Source of the DNA: Candidatus Yanofskybacteria bacterium
GTDB lineage: Bacteria > Patescibacteriota > Minisyncoccia > 2-02-FULL-40-12 > IGHO2-01-FULL-4-A
Length of the DNA: 64,000 nt
Direction: 5' to 3'
Assembly (NCBI GenBank): GCA_016185545.1
Contig: JACPNJ010000001.1
Coordinates: forward strand, 22,565-86,564
Part shown: positions 37,509 through 47,460 of the stretch, one piece after another
Layout: each line of letters begins with the position of its first letter
Position numbering within the stretch: position 1 is the first letter of the stretch
Program-made: the position numbers and the translations under genes
Notes under the pieces: model-generated
The model's database searches: none
Told to the model about the DNA's origin: nothing
The model's input: only the letters and a program-made list of their open reading frames with translations

Positions 37509-38435
37509 ATGCCGCGAAAATTTGAGGTGGATGCAGAAGGCACGGAATTCATTATAGAAAAAGGGCAATCGGTAAGTGCAACTGCCAGATTATTAGCCGG
37601 GCGTGACCTCATAATCAGCCGTTATCTTTTTGTGGCTTATACGATACTAACCGGCCACGAAAGAGATTTTAAGGCAGGCAGATATAAAATTGCTCAACCG
37701 ATCAGCATAGCTGGGTTAGTCAGCATGTTCTCGCGAGGACTTTCTGAACCCGAAGATATTATTGTAACGATTCCCGAGGGTTCAAATGTTGCCGATGTTG
37801 ACCGGATACTGGATCAAGCCGGACTAATCAATGAAGGTGATTTTTTGAATAGTGGCGCTGTTGAATTGGAGGGGTATTTATTTCCAGATACATACCACTT
37901 ACGTAATCGCCAATCACCAACCGCCAATCGCCAACTTGAGGTAGATGAAATAATTAAAAAAATGCGGGAGACTTTTGAAATAAAAACAGCCGATTTATTA
38001 AAAAGTCTCGGCAAATCAGAAAGAAACGAAGCGATTATTGTTGCTTCAATGTTGGAAAAAGAAGTCAAAACCGAACAGGATATGCGACTGGTAGCGGGAA
38101 TAATAAAAAAAAGATTGAAACAGGGAATGCCATTGGAAATTGATGCCACGGTAGCTTATGGTGTTTGCCGCCGAAGATTTTTACTTGGTGAATATTGCGA
38201 TGTTTCACTGGCTAACATTGTTGATAACATTCCGATTGATTCAGCATATAATACTTATAAAAGGAAAGGATTACCCATTGGTCCAATTTCTAACCCCGGA
38301 CTTGTGGCAATAAATGCTGCCCTAAATCCACAGTTGAGCGATTACTTTTACTATTTGAGTTCCAAAGATGGAACAACAATTTTTTCTAAAACAGCGGCGG
38401 AACACATAAAGGCGAGACAGAAATATTTGAAATAG
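37509..38435 (+). CDS. mltG: Endolytic transglycosylase MltG (true start probably upstream)
   Basis: TIPEG, EGYLFPDTY, ASMLEKE, YNTY...GLPIGPISNPG. Confidence 0.9.
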   Translation: MPRKFEVDAEGTEFIIEKGQSVSATARLLAGRDLIISRYLFVAYTILTGHERDFKAGRYKIAQPISIAGLVSMFSRGLSEPEDIIVTIPEGSNVADVDRILDQAGLINEGDFLNSGAVELEGYLFPDTYHLRNRQSPTANRQLEVDEIIKKMRETFEIKTADLLKSLGKSERNEAIIVASMLEKEVKTEQDMRLVAGIIKKRLKQGMPLEIDATVAYGVCRRRFLLGEYCDVSLANIVDNIPIDSAYNTYKRKGLPIGPISNPGLVAINAALNPQLSDYFYYLSSKDGTTIFSKTAAEHIKARQKYLK

Positions 38436-38505
38436 CTGATAGGTGATAGCTGATAGGTGATAGTAAGTTTTCTATAACCTATAACCTATAACCTATAACC
38501 TAATT

Positions 38506-38832
38506 TTGTTAAATCTTTTAATTAATACTGCCCACGCAGTTGAATTGCCGACATTTGATCAACCCGATTTACCGGCTTTTATCAATTCGGTTTACAGTTT
38601 TGCTCTTATGGTTGTCGGTATTGTTGTTTTTGTCCGGTTATTATACGCTGGTTTCCGATTGCTGACTGCCGCCGGTAACGCGAGTAAAATATCAGACGCC
38701 AAAGAGAAAATTAAAAACGCAATTATCGGTACGATTTTACTTTTTGCCGCTTATTTGATACTGTACGTAATTAATCCCGACTTGGTTAAAAATACGCTTG
38801 ATTTCAGTTTATTCCGCAACTTGACGCAGTAA
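38506..38832 (+). CDS. CPR-type pilin (TrbC/VirB2-like)
   Basis: AHA signal, AGNASKISDAKEKIKNAIIG, YLILYVINP. Confidence 0.75.
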   Translation: MLNLLINTAHAVELPTFDQPDLPAFINSVYSFALMVVGIVVFVRLLYAGFRLLTAAGNASKISDAKEKIKNAIIGTILLFAAYLILYVINPDLVKNTLDFSLFRNLTQ

Positions 38833-38854
38833 TTCGGTTTTGTTACACTTGAAT

Positions 38855-38945
38855 TGCCGTAGAAAGTGGTGCAGCCGAAGAGGCATAAGACGCCATTGAG
38901 GCATATCCAAGATACTTTGTATTTGGGTTTGTTTCTGCGGCGAAA
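38855..38945 (+). ncRNA. Ribosomal protein L10 leader (autoregulatory RNA)
   Basis: CCGTAGAAAGTGG...TAAG..GCCATTGAGG pattern directly upstream of rplJ. Confidence 0.55.
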
Positions 38946-38967
38946 GCCGTTTTTATTTGGATATGAA

Positions 38968-39103
38968 TCCCGAACGAGGCCGCCTTTACTAGCAACCATG
39001 AAAGGTTACGGTGGCTATCTAAGCGGGATTGATAATGTAACTTATTAATAGGCACGGAAATGATTTGAATGAGTAAATCATTTCCTGTCTCGTACGGGAT
39101 GAA
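38968..39103 (+). mobile_element. TCCCG...CGGGA-TGAA element at rplJ start
   Basis: atgaa|tcccgaacgag...ctcgtacggga-tgaa|aatt. Confidence 0.75.
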
Positions 39104-39623
39104 AATTTTTGCGCAAAAAAAAGAAGAACTTGTTAAACTTAAGGACAAACTGGCAAAGGCCAAGATTGTTGTTTTTTCATCTTTTGCTAGAGAGGGCGAG
39201 AAGGGATTAAATGTAGGTGAAATGAGAGAGCTCAAAAGGGGGCTTAAGGCCTTTGATTCCGAATATCTGGTGGAGAAAAAAACCTTGCTTGATAAAGCGC
39301 TTACGCAATCGCCAATCGCCAATCGCCAATCGCCAATTAATGTTTTTGAATATACCGGGTCAGTGGGGGTTGCATTCGGTTATGGCGACGAACAGTCAAC
39401 TGCTAAATCAATTTATAATTTTGCAAAAAAACACCCGGCGCTCAAATATTTTGGCGCCATTCAAACCGGCAAGTTTATGGATTTAAATCAATTTACCGAG
39501 TTTGCAAAATTGCCAACTAAAGAGGTTATGATTGCAAGATTGCTAGGGATGATGAAATATCCGATTAGTGCGTTAGCAATGGTTTTGGATCAAATAGCAA
39601 AAAATAAAAATAATATAAAATAA
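39099..39623 (+). CDS. rplJ: 50S ribosomal protein L10
   Basis: [29 protein letters not shown]; upstream of rplL. Confidence 0.9.
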   Translation: MKIFAQKKEELVKLKDKLAKAKIVVFSSFAREGEKGLNVGEMRELKRGLKAFDSEYLVEKKTLLDKALTQSPIANRQSPINVFEYTGSVGVAFGYGDEQSTAKSIYNFAKKHPALKYFGAIQTGKFMDLNQFTEFAKLPTKEVMIARLLGMMKYPISALAMVLDQIAKNKNNIK

Positions 39624-39715
39624 TTTGTAGCTCTCCTACGCTAAAGCTTCGGAGGAGCACTTCTTCGCTAAATGGAGAAATGCTTGCACTTAGAAGCTCC
39701 GCTAGGAGCGAAGAA

Positions 39716-40090
39716 GTGAATAAAGACGATTTTATAAAACAAGTCGAATCTATGACAGTAGTTGAGCTTAATGATCTAGTGAAAGCGCTGGAGGAAAAGT
39801 TTGGAGTATCGGCTGCGGCTATGGCCGCGCCGGCAGCCGGAGCAGCTAGCGGGGAAGAGGCCGGTCCGTCAGAAGAAAAAGATTCTTTTAATGTAATTCT
39901 TCAAAGCGCCGGTGAACAGAAAATACAGGTTATCAAAGTGATCCGTGAGATAACCGGTAAGGGTCTCAAAGAATCCAAAGATTTGGTTGATGGTGCTCCG
40001 CAAACGGTAAAAGAAGGTGTGAAGAAAGAGGAAGCTGATGAACTTAAAAAGAAATTGGAGGATGCGGGCGCGACAGTAGAACTCAAGTAA
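39716..40090 (+). CDS. rplL: 50S ribosomal protein L7/L12
   Basis: [44 protein letters not shown]; GTG start. Confidence 0.95.
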   Translation: MNKDDFIKQVESMTVVELNDLVKALEEKFGVSAAAMAAPAAGAASGEEAGPSEEKDSFNVILQSAGEQKIQVIKVIREITGKGLKESKDLVDGAPQTVKEGVKKEEADELKKKLEDAGATVELK

Positions 40091-40126
40091 TCAAAAACCG
40101 GCCATGCGGCCGGTTTTTGATTACTT
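40086..40126. terminator. Bidirectional terminator
   Basis: aagtaatcaaaaaccggcc-atgc-ggccggtttttgattactt. Confidence 0.8.
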
Positions 40127-42163
40127 GAGTGTCCAGATTTTGTTGTCCGTGGATAGAATCCAAACCGTGCCGTCGGAGGAGACGGATATATCTTGAGGTG
40201 TGCCGACAGCTTCTAGTTTATAAGTTGTTTTAAGTTCGCCTGTTGTTTTATCAAAAATATAAACTCTTTTGTTTGTCTTATCGGCCAGAAAGAGGAAAGC
40301 CGAGTCCTTGAAAGTGAAAATGCGGCTGTCTGACGCAGGAATAAGCCGCAAATCCAATTCGCCGGTTTTTTTGCCCTTAAAGTATAATATCAGTTTGCCA
40401 TTGTCCGCAAGCGCGTAAATATTGCCGTCAGCGGTTATGGATGTCAGATTACCGCTTGCATTGTCGCTGGTCCAGATTGTACGCTTCGTTCCGCCAGTTA
40501 CTGCGTCGGCATATTTATATATTGTTTTATCGGAAAGAATATAAAGATTATTTTCGTATAAGATAGCGTCTATAGCGGATACCGGTTCTTTAAGAGTGTA
40601 CTGCTCAATTTTTTTGGATTTCAAATCATAGATGCCGAAGGCGTCAGAACCGTTGAAGACGGAGGCAAATGATGATGAAGTATATAGAAATTGTGGTGTA
40701 ATCTTGAATTGGCCTAACTGTGAAACTTCATTTTGATTGACATTGAAAATTAGGCCAATAATATCGATTATGCTGATAAGACCGTCATAAGCTGACACGA
40801 AACTAACCTTGAGATTGCTGTTTTGAGCCGATATGTCCGCGAAAAGCGTTGGTTGTTTATCGCTAACGCGATCAAGGTCATCCAAAGTTTGATTTATTTG
40901 TAATTTAATATTTTCGGCTTTTTTGTCTGAAAAACTGGCTAAACTTGCCAAGGATGCCTGAAGCAGTGTCCGAGCGTCTTTAAAATTGCTTTGGTTAAGC
41001 CATGATTGCGCCAGTTTAACATTTTCGCCTGCTTGTTTTATGGTGTTCCTGTTTTCATTTGAAATTCCTCCGGTTTTCCATAAAACAAAAATTAAAACGG
41101 GAAAAATAATGATCGCGGAAACTAGAATAAAACCACGCCGGCGCGCGCGTTCTCCCAATTTGCCAGTAGAAATCAGTTTACGGAGACCTTTTATAACCGG
41201 AGTTAAAATCGTTTCTCTTTTACTTACTAAAAATTCAGCGGGTATAATACGTGATTGTTCCATTTCTGGACTTTCCGGGCCGGTTCCTTGGTCCGCGACC
41301 GTAATTTCGGGTATTTGATCAGGGACATCTTGGGGTTTGCCGCTATTCAGTCTGATTTGAGACGGTTGTTTTGTATTCTGAGACTCTAGCGGAGCTTCCG
41401 GCTCCGTTTCCTTTTCCTTGTTGTCGTTTGGTGTCCTAGTTTTAAAAGTTGATTTGGTATAAGTTGCTGATGATACGGGTATTTCTTTAACCTCATGCAT
41501 ATCTATATGAACACCGCAGCAGGAAAAATTAGTTGTATTGGTAGCCAAATGTGCTATTTTTTGGCCAAATTCTTCCTGGTTTTCCTTGATGAAAATTCCA
41601 TTAAGTTGTTTTTCCCTTGATGTCAGCGACCTTGATGGAAAGTAAGCGAATATTTTGTCTTTTGACTGAACTTTACCGGAAATAATATTTGAAAACTGCT
41701 TTTCGCCCTCGGCATCCTTACTGAATAATTCAACATTATTGAGTATGTCTATATATTTACCGTTGCGAGCCAAGGCAATTTTGAATTTACCCAAACGCGA
41801 AATGTAAATATTTTCGCCTGAAATTGCGGCCAAGCCGATATTCAGTTTAAAATTATTGTTTTGGAAAAAATCATCCAAAACCTCATTAAGCTTTTTTAGA
41901 GTGCGCTCGAAAGCGCTTTTAGCATTTTGTTCCCGTAACGATATGTCTGAATAATATTCTCTTTTTGCCAAAGACGAAATTAAACTTATCGTGTAAGAAA
42001 GATCCTCTTGAGAATATTTGATGTGGCCCAAAACAAAGAGCGAGCCAAGCATTTTTTCCTGATTCCCGGCGCCTTGATATGCTAAAACATCAAAATGAAC
42101 ATTATCCTCGCCGCTTTTGTAGATAAGCTCTTTGATAGCAGGTTTTAAAGTAATTTTTTCCAT
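40121..42163 (-). CDS. Membrane-anchored protein: degenerate PP2C-like N-domain, TM, beta-propeller
   Basis: Central TM ILVSAIIIFPVLIFVLW; NHL-like repeats at the C-terminus. Confidence 0.6.
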   Translation of the reverse strand: MEKITLKPAIKELIYKSGEDNVHFDVLAYQGAGNQEKMLGSLFVLGHIKYSQEDLSYTISLISSLAKREYYSDISLREQNAKSAFERTLKKLNEVLDDFFQNNNFKLNIGLAAISGENIYISRLGKFKIALARNGKYIDILNNVELFSKDAEGEKQFSNIISGKVQSKDKIFAYFPSRSLTSREKQLNGIFIKENQEEFGQKIAHLATNTTNFSCCGVHIDMHEVKEIPVSSATYTKSTFKTRTPNDNKEKETEPEAPLESQNTKQPSQIRLNSGKPQDVPDQIPEITVADQGTGPESPEMEQSRIIPAEFLVSKRETILTPVIKGLRKLISTGKLGERARRRGFILVSAIIIFPVLIFVLWKTGGISNENRNTIKQAGENVKLAQSWLNQSNFKDARTLLQASLASLASFSDKKAENIKLQINQTLDDLDRVSDKQPTLFADISAQNSNLKVSFVSAYDGLISIIDIIGLIFNVNQNEVSQLGQFKITPQFLYTSSSFASVFNGSDAFGIYDLKSKKIEQYTLKEPVSAIDAILYENNLYILSDKTIYKYADAVTGGTKRTIWTSDNASGNLTSITADGNIYALADNGKLILYFKGKKTGELDLRLIPASDSRIFTFKDSAFLFLADKTNKRVYIFDKTTGELKTTYKLEAVGTPQDISVSSDGTVWILSTDNKIWTLK

Positions 42164-42277
42164 CCCGTACGAAGTAGCTGCTACGCAGTTGTAAGTATAA
42201 GTTATATGCGCAGAAATACTATTATTATTTTCTTATCGTCCCGCTCGTTTAACCCTTTAGGGCTACTTCGTTCGGGA
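42159..42277 (-). mobile_element. TCCCG...CGGGA-TGGA element supplying a start codon
   Basis: Minus strand acgga|tcccgaacgaagtagc...gctacttcgtacggga-tgga|aaaa. Confidence 0.7.
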
Positions 42278-42360
42278 TCCGTTCATTGACATTGCCAATC
42301 CGATTTACTAGTCTAGTAGATGTTAATATCTACTTATCATTTTAGTTTTTAATTATAAAC

Positions 42361-42558
42361 ATGTCAAAACCAAGGAGTTTTTTTGAATTATTATTCGGTT
42401 CAAAGGCGAGGGTTAAAATACTCAAGTTTTTATTTCGCAATCCAGAATCGGCATTCTGCGTTAAAGAATTAGCCGTTCGGGTACAAGAGCGTTCGGCAGT
42501 TGTAAATCAAGAGATAAAGAAGCTTTTGGAAATAGGATTACTTAAGATTAGAAAATAA
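42361..42558 (+). CDS. Winged-HTH half of split protein
   Basis: LFGSKARVKILKFLFRNP...KELA...EIKKLLEIGL. Confidence 0.65.
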   Translation: MSKPRSFFELLFGSKARVKILKFLFRNPESAFCVKELAVRVQERSAVVNQEIKKLLEIGLLKIRK

Positions 42559-42561
42559 AAA

Positions 42562-43152
42562 ATGGGAAAAAACAAGAAAAAAAAGAAAAAAGCCACGCCC
42601 CAAAAGGCCAAGAAGAAGAAGACAAGAAGGGCGGGGAATAGAGCAAAATCCAGACCACAAAAACGAGGCCGAACTAAGGTAACTAAAAAATCACACAATA
42701 TTAAAATACGCAAAAGTAAAAAAAATATTCGCGCCCGAATCGTTAAAATAGCAAAGAAGAGTTTTATTCCTACCTATGTTTTAAATTCCGATTTCGGTTC
42801 TTTTTTTGAGTTACGCGATCTCATATTGAAATCTTTACCGGCAGAAAAAGATACTATGATCGAAAAAATAAACAAGCTTGGTAAAGTGAAACTGGCCGTA
42901 ATATCGGGAGTTTTTATGAATAAAGAAAATCCGGACCCATATATTCCTGATCTTCTGATAGTTGGTGACGATCTTGATAAAAGAAAACTGCGCTCATTTC
43001 TGAAGGCCATTGAAGCGGAAGTCGGCAAGGAGATCAAATTCGTTATTTTAGATAAGGAGGAATTTCAATACCGTCTTGCTATGTTTGACCGCTTTATACG
43101 CGTGCTCTTGGAGGGACCTCATGAAAAATTGATAAATAAGCTGGGGATTTAG
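42562..43152 (+). CDS. Lys/Arg-rich segment + nucleotidyltransferase-like domain
   Basis: LAVISGVF, DLLIVGD, EAEVGKEI, EFQYR; same frame as upstream HTH. Confidence 0.65.
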   Translation: MGKNKKKKKKATPQKAKKKKTRRAGNRAKSRPQKRGRTKVTKKSHNIKIRKSKKNIRARIVKIAKKSFIPTYVLNSDFGSFFELRDLILKSLPAEKDTMIEKINKLGKVKLAVISGVFMNKENPDPYIPDLLIVGDDLDKRKLRSFLKAIEAEVGKEIKFVILDKEEFQYRLAMFDRFIRVLLEGPHEKLINKLGI

Positions 43153-43153
43153 A

Positions 43154-43228
43154 GGGCTCGTAGTTCAGGGGCAGAACGTCCGATTCACATTCGGAAGGTC
43201 AGAGGTTCAAATCCTCTCGAGCCCACCA
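43154..43228 (+). tRNA. tRNA-Val(CAC)
   Basis: GGGCTCG/CGAGCCC, TCCGA-TTCACAT-TCGGA, encoded CCA. Confidence 0.92.
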
Positions 43229-43446
43229 AAACAAATACGCCACCTAGGTGGCGTATTTGTTTTGGTGGTGATGTTGATAACTTGTATACATTAATTTTGG
43301 CTTTGTAAATGTAATTTCGGAAAATATGTTAAAAATCGGCTAGAATAGGCGATTTTTTGTGATTGTGTCAAATATAGAATTGACGCTAAAGTTATGCACA
43401 TTGCATAGTATTGCGGTACTGGAATTGGGTGGTATATAATGAAGGT

Positions 43447-43473
43447 AAAGTGTAAGAAAGTGGATAATAGTGT
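43447..43473 (+). promoter_or_regulatory. MraZ-binding repeats downstream of -10 box
   Basis: AAAGTGT-N3-AAAGTGG-N3-ATAGTGT with 10-bp period; TATAAT at 43435-43440. Confidence 0.65.
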
Positions 43474-43618
43474 TAATAACTAAGGCAAATCGTTGATAAA
43501 CTTTCAAAAAGAATCCGGTACTGATATATTGGTTTGGTTGAATTATCGAAATGTTTGATAAGCCCACAATATTTCCCGCCATTTACACATATTCATGTAG
43601 TGTCAAAATTTTAGCCAT

Positions 43619-44053
43619 ATGTTTATCGGAGAATACAAACATATAATTGATGCCAAAAAACGGCTTGCGATTCCGGTTAAATTCAGAAAAGAACTTGGCG
43701 ATAGGATAGTGTTAACCAGGGGATTGGACGGCTGTTTATTTATTTTCCCAATGAAAGAATGGGAGCAATTGGCTGAAAAACTCGGCAAGTTGCCGTTCGG
43801 CCAGCAAGATTCAAGAGGTTTTGCGAGATTACTGCTGGCGGGTGCTTCGGAAGTGGAATTTGATCAGCTCGGGAGAATATTAGTTCCGGATTTCTTAAAA
43901 GGTTATGCCGTATTAAAAAAGGAAGTGGTAATTGCCGGTCTTTTCAATAAATTGGAAATCTGGGATGAAACACGCTGGTCAAATTACAAAGCAAATCTTG
44001 AAAAGAACAGCGACAGGATAGCGGAGAAGTTGGGGGAGCTGGGAATAATATAA
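43619..44053 (+). CDS. mraZ: Division/cell wall cluster repressor MraZ
   Basis: MFIGEY, DAKKRLAIP, DQLGRILVP, LEIWD. Confidence 0.95.
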   Translation: MFIGEYKHIIDAKKRLAIPVKFRKELGDRIVLTRGLDGCLFIFPMKEWEQLAEKLGKLPFGQQDSRGFARLLLAGASEVEFDQLGRILVPDFLKGYAVLKKEVVIAGLFNKLEIWDETRWSNYKANLEKNSDRIAEKLGELGII

Positions 44054-45021
44054 TGCATAAACCGGTTCTTCTAAAAGAGATCGTAGAATGTTTAAATCCC
44101 AAACCGGGCCAGAAGTTTATTGACGCAACAATTAACGGGGGAGGGCACGCGATGGCGATATTGGAAATGATTTTGCCTGATGGAAAATTGTTGGGGATAG
44201 AATGGGATGGCGAGTTGCTAAAACAGTTAATAATTAAAAAGCAAGATTTAGGAATTAAGGACGAAAATTTAATTTTAATAAATGACAGTTATGTAAATTT
44301 AAAAAAGATTGCCGAAGAAAATGATTTTACAGATGCAAACGGAATTCTTTTTGATCTTGGAATGTCAAGTTGGCAGATCGAAGAAGCGGGGAGAGGATTT
44401 ACATTTATGAAAGACGAGCCGTTGGATATGCGCTTTGCATATCCAAACATTAACCATCAGCCATCGACTGCCAGCCCTACAACAGCAGAAGAAATTGTTA
44501 ATCGCTATTCGTATGATGAATTGGTAAAAATATTGAAGGAATACGGGGAGGAAAGATTTGCCAGATTAATCGTTGCCAATATTATCAATGCCAGAAAGCG
44601 AAAACCGATAAAAACCACCTTTGAGCTGGTAGAAATTATTAAAAAATCAGTGCCATTTTGGTATCGTTCCGACCGTCGACGATTACATTTTGCCACTAAA
44701 ACCTTTCAGGCCTTGAGGATCGCCGTAAATGACGAGCTGGAAAATTTAAAATCAGGACTCGAGCAAGGGATGGAAATTTTGAAAGTCGGCGGCAGAATCG
44801 CGGTTATATCATTTCATTCTTTGGAAGACCGCGCGGTCAAGAATTTTTTTAGAGCAAAAGCTAAAGAAAAAATCCTGAAAATAATTACCAAAAAACCAAT
44901 TAACGCCGAGCTTGCGGAAATAATCAAAAACCCGCGGGCTAGAAGCGCGAAATTAAGAATAGCCGAGAAAGAGTCCCGTACGAGACAGGTGATGCTCTCT
45001 GAGCATTACCGTATTAAATAA
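44053..45021 (+). CDS. rsmH: 16S rRNA m4C1402 methyltransferase
   Basis: HKPVLL, DLGMSS, PLDMR, FQALRIAVN, SFHSLED, NPRARSAKLR. Confidence 0.95.
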   Translation: MHKPVLLKEIVECLNPKPGQKFIDATINGGGHAMAILEMILPDGKLLGIEWDGELLKQLIIKKQDLGIKDENLILINDSYVNLKKIAEENDFTDANGILFDLGMSSWQIEEAGRGFTFMKDEPLDMRFAYPNINHQPSTASPTTAEEIVNRYSYDELVKILKEYGEERFARLIVANIINARKRKPIKTTFELVEIIKKSVPFWYRSDRRRLHFATKTFQALRIAVNDELENLKSGLEQGMEILKVGGRIAVISFHSLEDRAVKNFFRAKAKEKILKIITKKPINAELAEIIKNPRARSAKLRIAEKESRTRQVMLSEHYRIK

Positions 45022-45097
45022 ATTGTCCCGAAAAAGAAAGCTGGATTTACTTGCTTGATTCAGTTTTGAATCTAAGCTCTGGCTGTCTCGTTCGGGA
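44974..45097. mobile_element. TCCCG...CGGGA hairpin element across rsmH 3' end
   Basis: tcccgtacgagacag/ctgtctcgttcggga IR. Confidence 0.7.
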
Positions 45098-45106
45098 TTC
45101 AGATAA

Positions 45107-45460
45107 GTGACTGTCTATTCTGGTGTATTGAATTCTCATACCAAATATGCTCATTTTGGAGAGGGGGTAAAAATTGAACACTCCTCTGTTTTTAAATTAA
45201 ATTTGATTCTATTGTTAATAGCGGGAATTACTATTGCGGCATATGTTTTTATATCCAATCTAATGGTTGCTCGGAAATATGCTTTGAATTTGCGTAAATC
45301 TGAAATCAGCCAATTAAACGCTAAACTGGCAGCTGAAGATCAGCAGTATGGAGGCGAGAACCTGGAAACGCTGCTTCGTTTCGCCAAAAATTATGGTTTG
45401 GTGGAAGCTAAAGATAACGATTCCATCTTGGAAAAAGACGGATTTGCTGTTCTTCCCTAA
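45107..45460 (+). CDS. FtsL-like bitopic protein
   Basis: Between rsmH and ftsI; TM followed by coiled coil. Confidence 0.55.
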   Translation: MTVYSGVLNSHTKYAHFGEGVKIEHSSVFKLNLILLLIAGITIAAYVFISNLMVARKYALNLRKSEISQLNAKLAAEDQQYGGENLETLLRFAKNYGLVEAKDNDSILEKDGFAVLP

Positions 45461-45503
45461 ACCATTTTTTGTATATTTGTATTGTTTGTAAATTGTCGCA
45501 TAA

Positions 45504-47312
45504 ATGACAACCAAAAATACCAGCAGTGAAACGCGCATACGTTTATTTGTAATTATCTTGTTTCTATTAACCGGCCTAGTTACTTATAAGCTTTTTAATT
45601 TAACTGTTGTTCGCCACTCTGCACTTGTTAAATCAGTTGAAGGCCAATATAGCAGCCCATCAGCGTTGTTAGCTGGCCGCGGCAACATTTATTTTTCCAA
45701 TCTTGCGACTGGTGAAAAAAGGCTGGCCGTTACAAACAAGTCATCTTTTTATCTCTATTCTGTCAATATGTCAGTTGATTCGTTGCAAGAAGTCTCCAAA
45801 AAAATCCTTCCGATTTTAAACGTTAAAACCACGGAAGAAGAAGGTCAGTCCCGTTTTTTTCAAAATCAAGATGATTTTTTGGAATACTTGTTATCACAGA
45901 AAGATAAATCTTATTTGGTGATTGCTCGCAATCTGACCAAGAAGCAAGCCGAACAAATCAAAGCCTTGAAAATAAACGGCTTAACAATAGCTACGGAAAT
46001 AAACCGTTATTATACCCAAGGGCTTTCGGCGTCTCATGTTTTGGGATTTGTCGGATTCAGCGGCAATCAGCGTGTCGGCCAATATGGCATAGAATTTTCA
46101 TATGATGATATTTTAAGCGGTGAATCCAAAACTCAGGAATTTTTGGGCAATAAAACCTACTCCGATATTTTAAAATTTCTAAAGTTTTGGAACTACGGAA
46201 ACCCTACCCTTACGTCAGATGGGCTTTTGGGAAATGTTGAAGTCGGGGGTGGAAACGATGTTGTCTTAACTATCGACCACAACATCCAGTCGATAGCCGA
46301 TCTTACGCTTAACACGGTTTTGAAAAAATGGAGCGCACCCAGGGGATCTATAATCATTGAGGATCCGAATACCGGCGCGATATTAGCCATGTCTTCCTCT
46401 CCCAGTTTTGATCCTAATAATTATTCATCTTTTAAATTACGCGATTTTATAAATCCCAACGTCCAGGAAATTTTTGAACCAGGTTCTTCGTTTAAGCCAA
46501 TAACTATGTCTGCCGCGGTAGATAGCGGTGCGGTAACGCCCGACACGATTTATAATGATACCGGCGAAGTAAAAATCAGTGGATACACCATTCGCAATTT
46601 CAATGAGAAAGCTAGTGGAATTCAAACGATGAGACAGGCCCTTGAGCACTCGTTGAATACAGGTGCTATCTTCGCCCAAGAAAAAACTGGCGATGACGCA
46701 TTTTTAAATTATGTTGTCGGGTTTGGTTTCGGGCAAAAAACCGGAATAAATTTAAGCGGTGAAGCGGCAGGTAATATTTCCAATCTTTACAGCGGGCGGA
46801 AAATCAATTTTTTAACCGCTTCATTTGGTCAGGGTGTTGCTGTATCGCCGCTCCAGTTGGCAAATGCTTACTCGGCAATCGCTAACGGCGGCAAACTCAT
46901 GCGTCCATATCTTGTAAAAGAAATAATACGACCGGATGGGACAGCGATAAAAACTAACCCAAAAATTTTAGGCGCGCCGATAACGGAGAAAACCTCCGCC
47001 CAGTTAAAATCAATGCTGGTTGATGTCGTAGACAAGGGCTTTGATAAAGCACAAATTAAGGGCTATGATGTAGCCGGTAAGACGGGGACGGCGCAGATAC
47101 CTGATACCGAAAACGGAGGTTATTTTGGAAATGACCAGTTTATTCATGATTTTGTCGGTTTTGCTCCTGCCTACGCGCCAAAGTTCGTCATATTGATAAA
47201 AATGGAAAAGCCGAAAGGCATTAAATTTGCTGCCGATAGTTTATCACCGGTATTCGGGGATATAGCGAGATACTTGATTAGGTACTTCAATATACCGCCG
47301 ACTCGCAACTAG
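45504..47312 (+). CDS. ftsI: Class B penicillin-binding protein
   Basis: RGNI, EPGSSFK (SxxK), SLN (SxN), KTGTAQ. Confidence 0.88.
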   Translation: MTTKNTSSETRIRLFVIILFLLTGLVTYKLFNLTVVRHSALVKSVEGQYSSPSALLAGRGNIYFSNLATGEKRLAVTNKSSFYLYSVNMSVDSLQEVSKKILPILNVKTTEEEGQSRFFQNQDDFLEYLLSQKDKSYLVIARNLTKKQAEQIKALKINGLTIATEINRYYTQGLSASHVLGFVGFSGNQRVGQYGIEFSYDDILSGESKTQEFLGNKTYSDILKFLKFWNYGNPTLTSDGLLGNVEVGGGNDVVLTIDHNIQSIADLTLNTVLKKWSAPRGSIIIEDPNTGAILAMSSSPSFDPNNYSSFKLRDFINPNVQEIFEPGSSFKPITMSAAVDSGAVTPDTIYNDTGEVKISGYTIRNFNEKASGIQTMRQALEHSLNTGAIFAQEKTGDDAFLNYVVGFGFGQKTGINLSGEAAGNISNLYSGRKINFLTASFGQGVAVSPLQLANAYSAIANGGKLMRPYLVKEIIRPDGTAIKTNPKILGAPITEKTSAQLKSMLVDVVDKGFDKAQIKGYDVAGKTGTAQIPDTENGGYFGNDQFIHDFVGFAPAYAPKFVILIKMEKPKGIKFAADSLSPVFGDIARYLIRYFNIPPTRN

Positions 47313-47319
47313 TTGCGAG

Positions 47320-47456
47320 TCAGAAATCCGAAGCACGAAGCACGAAATACGAAATAAAGCCTGAAAATCCTAAATTCTAAATCCGAAACGGTTTGTAATT
47401 TTGATAATTCTAATTTGGAATTTGTTTCGAATTTCGGTATTCGGATTTCGGGTTTA
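47320..47456. repeat. Inverted pair of heptamer tandem arrays
   Basis: aaatccg/aagcacg/aaatacg... then tttcgaa/tttcggt/attcgga. Confidence 0.7.
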
Positions 47457-47460
47457 AAAT

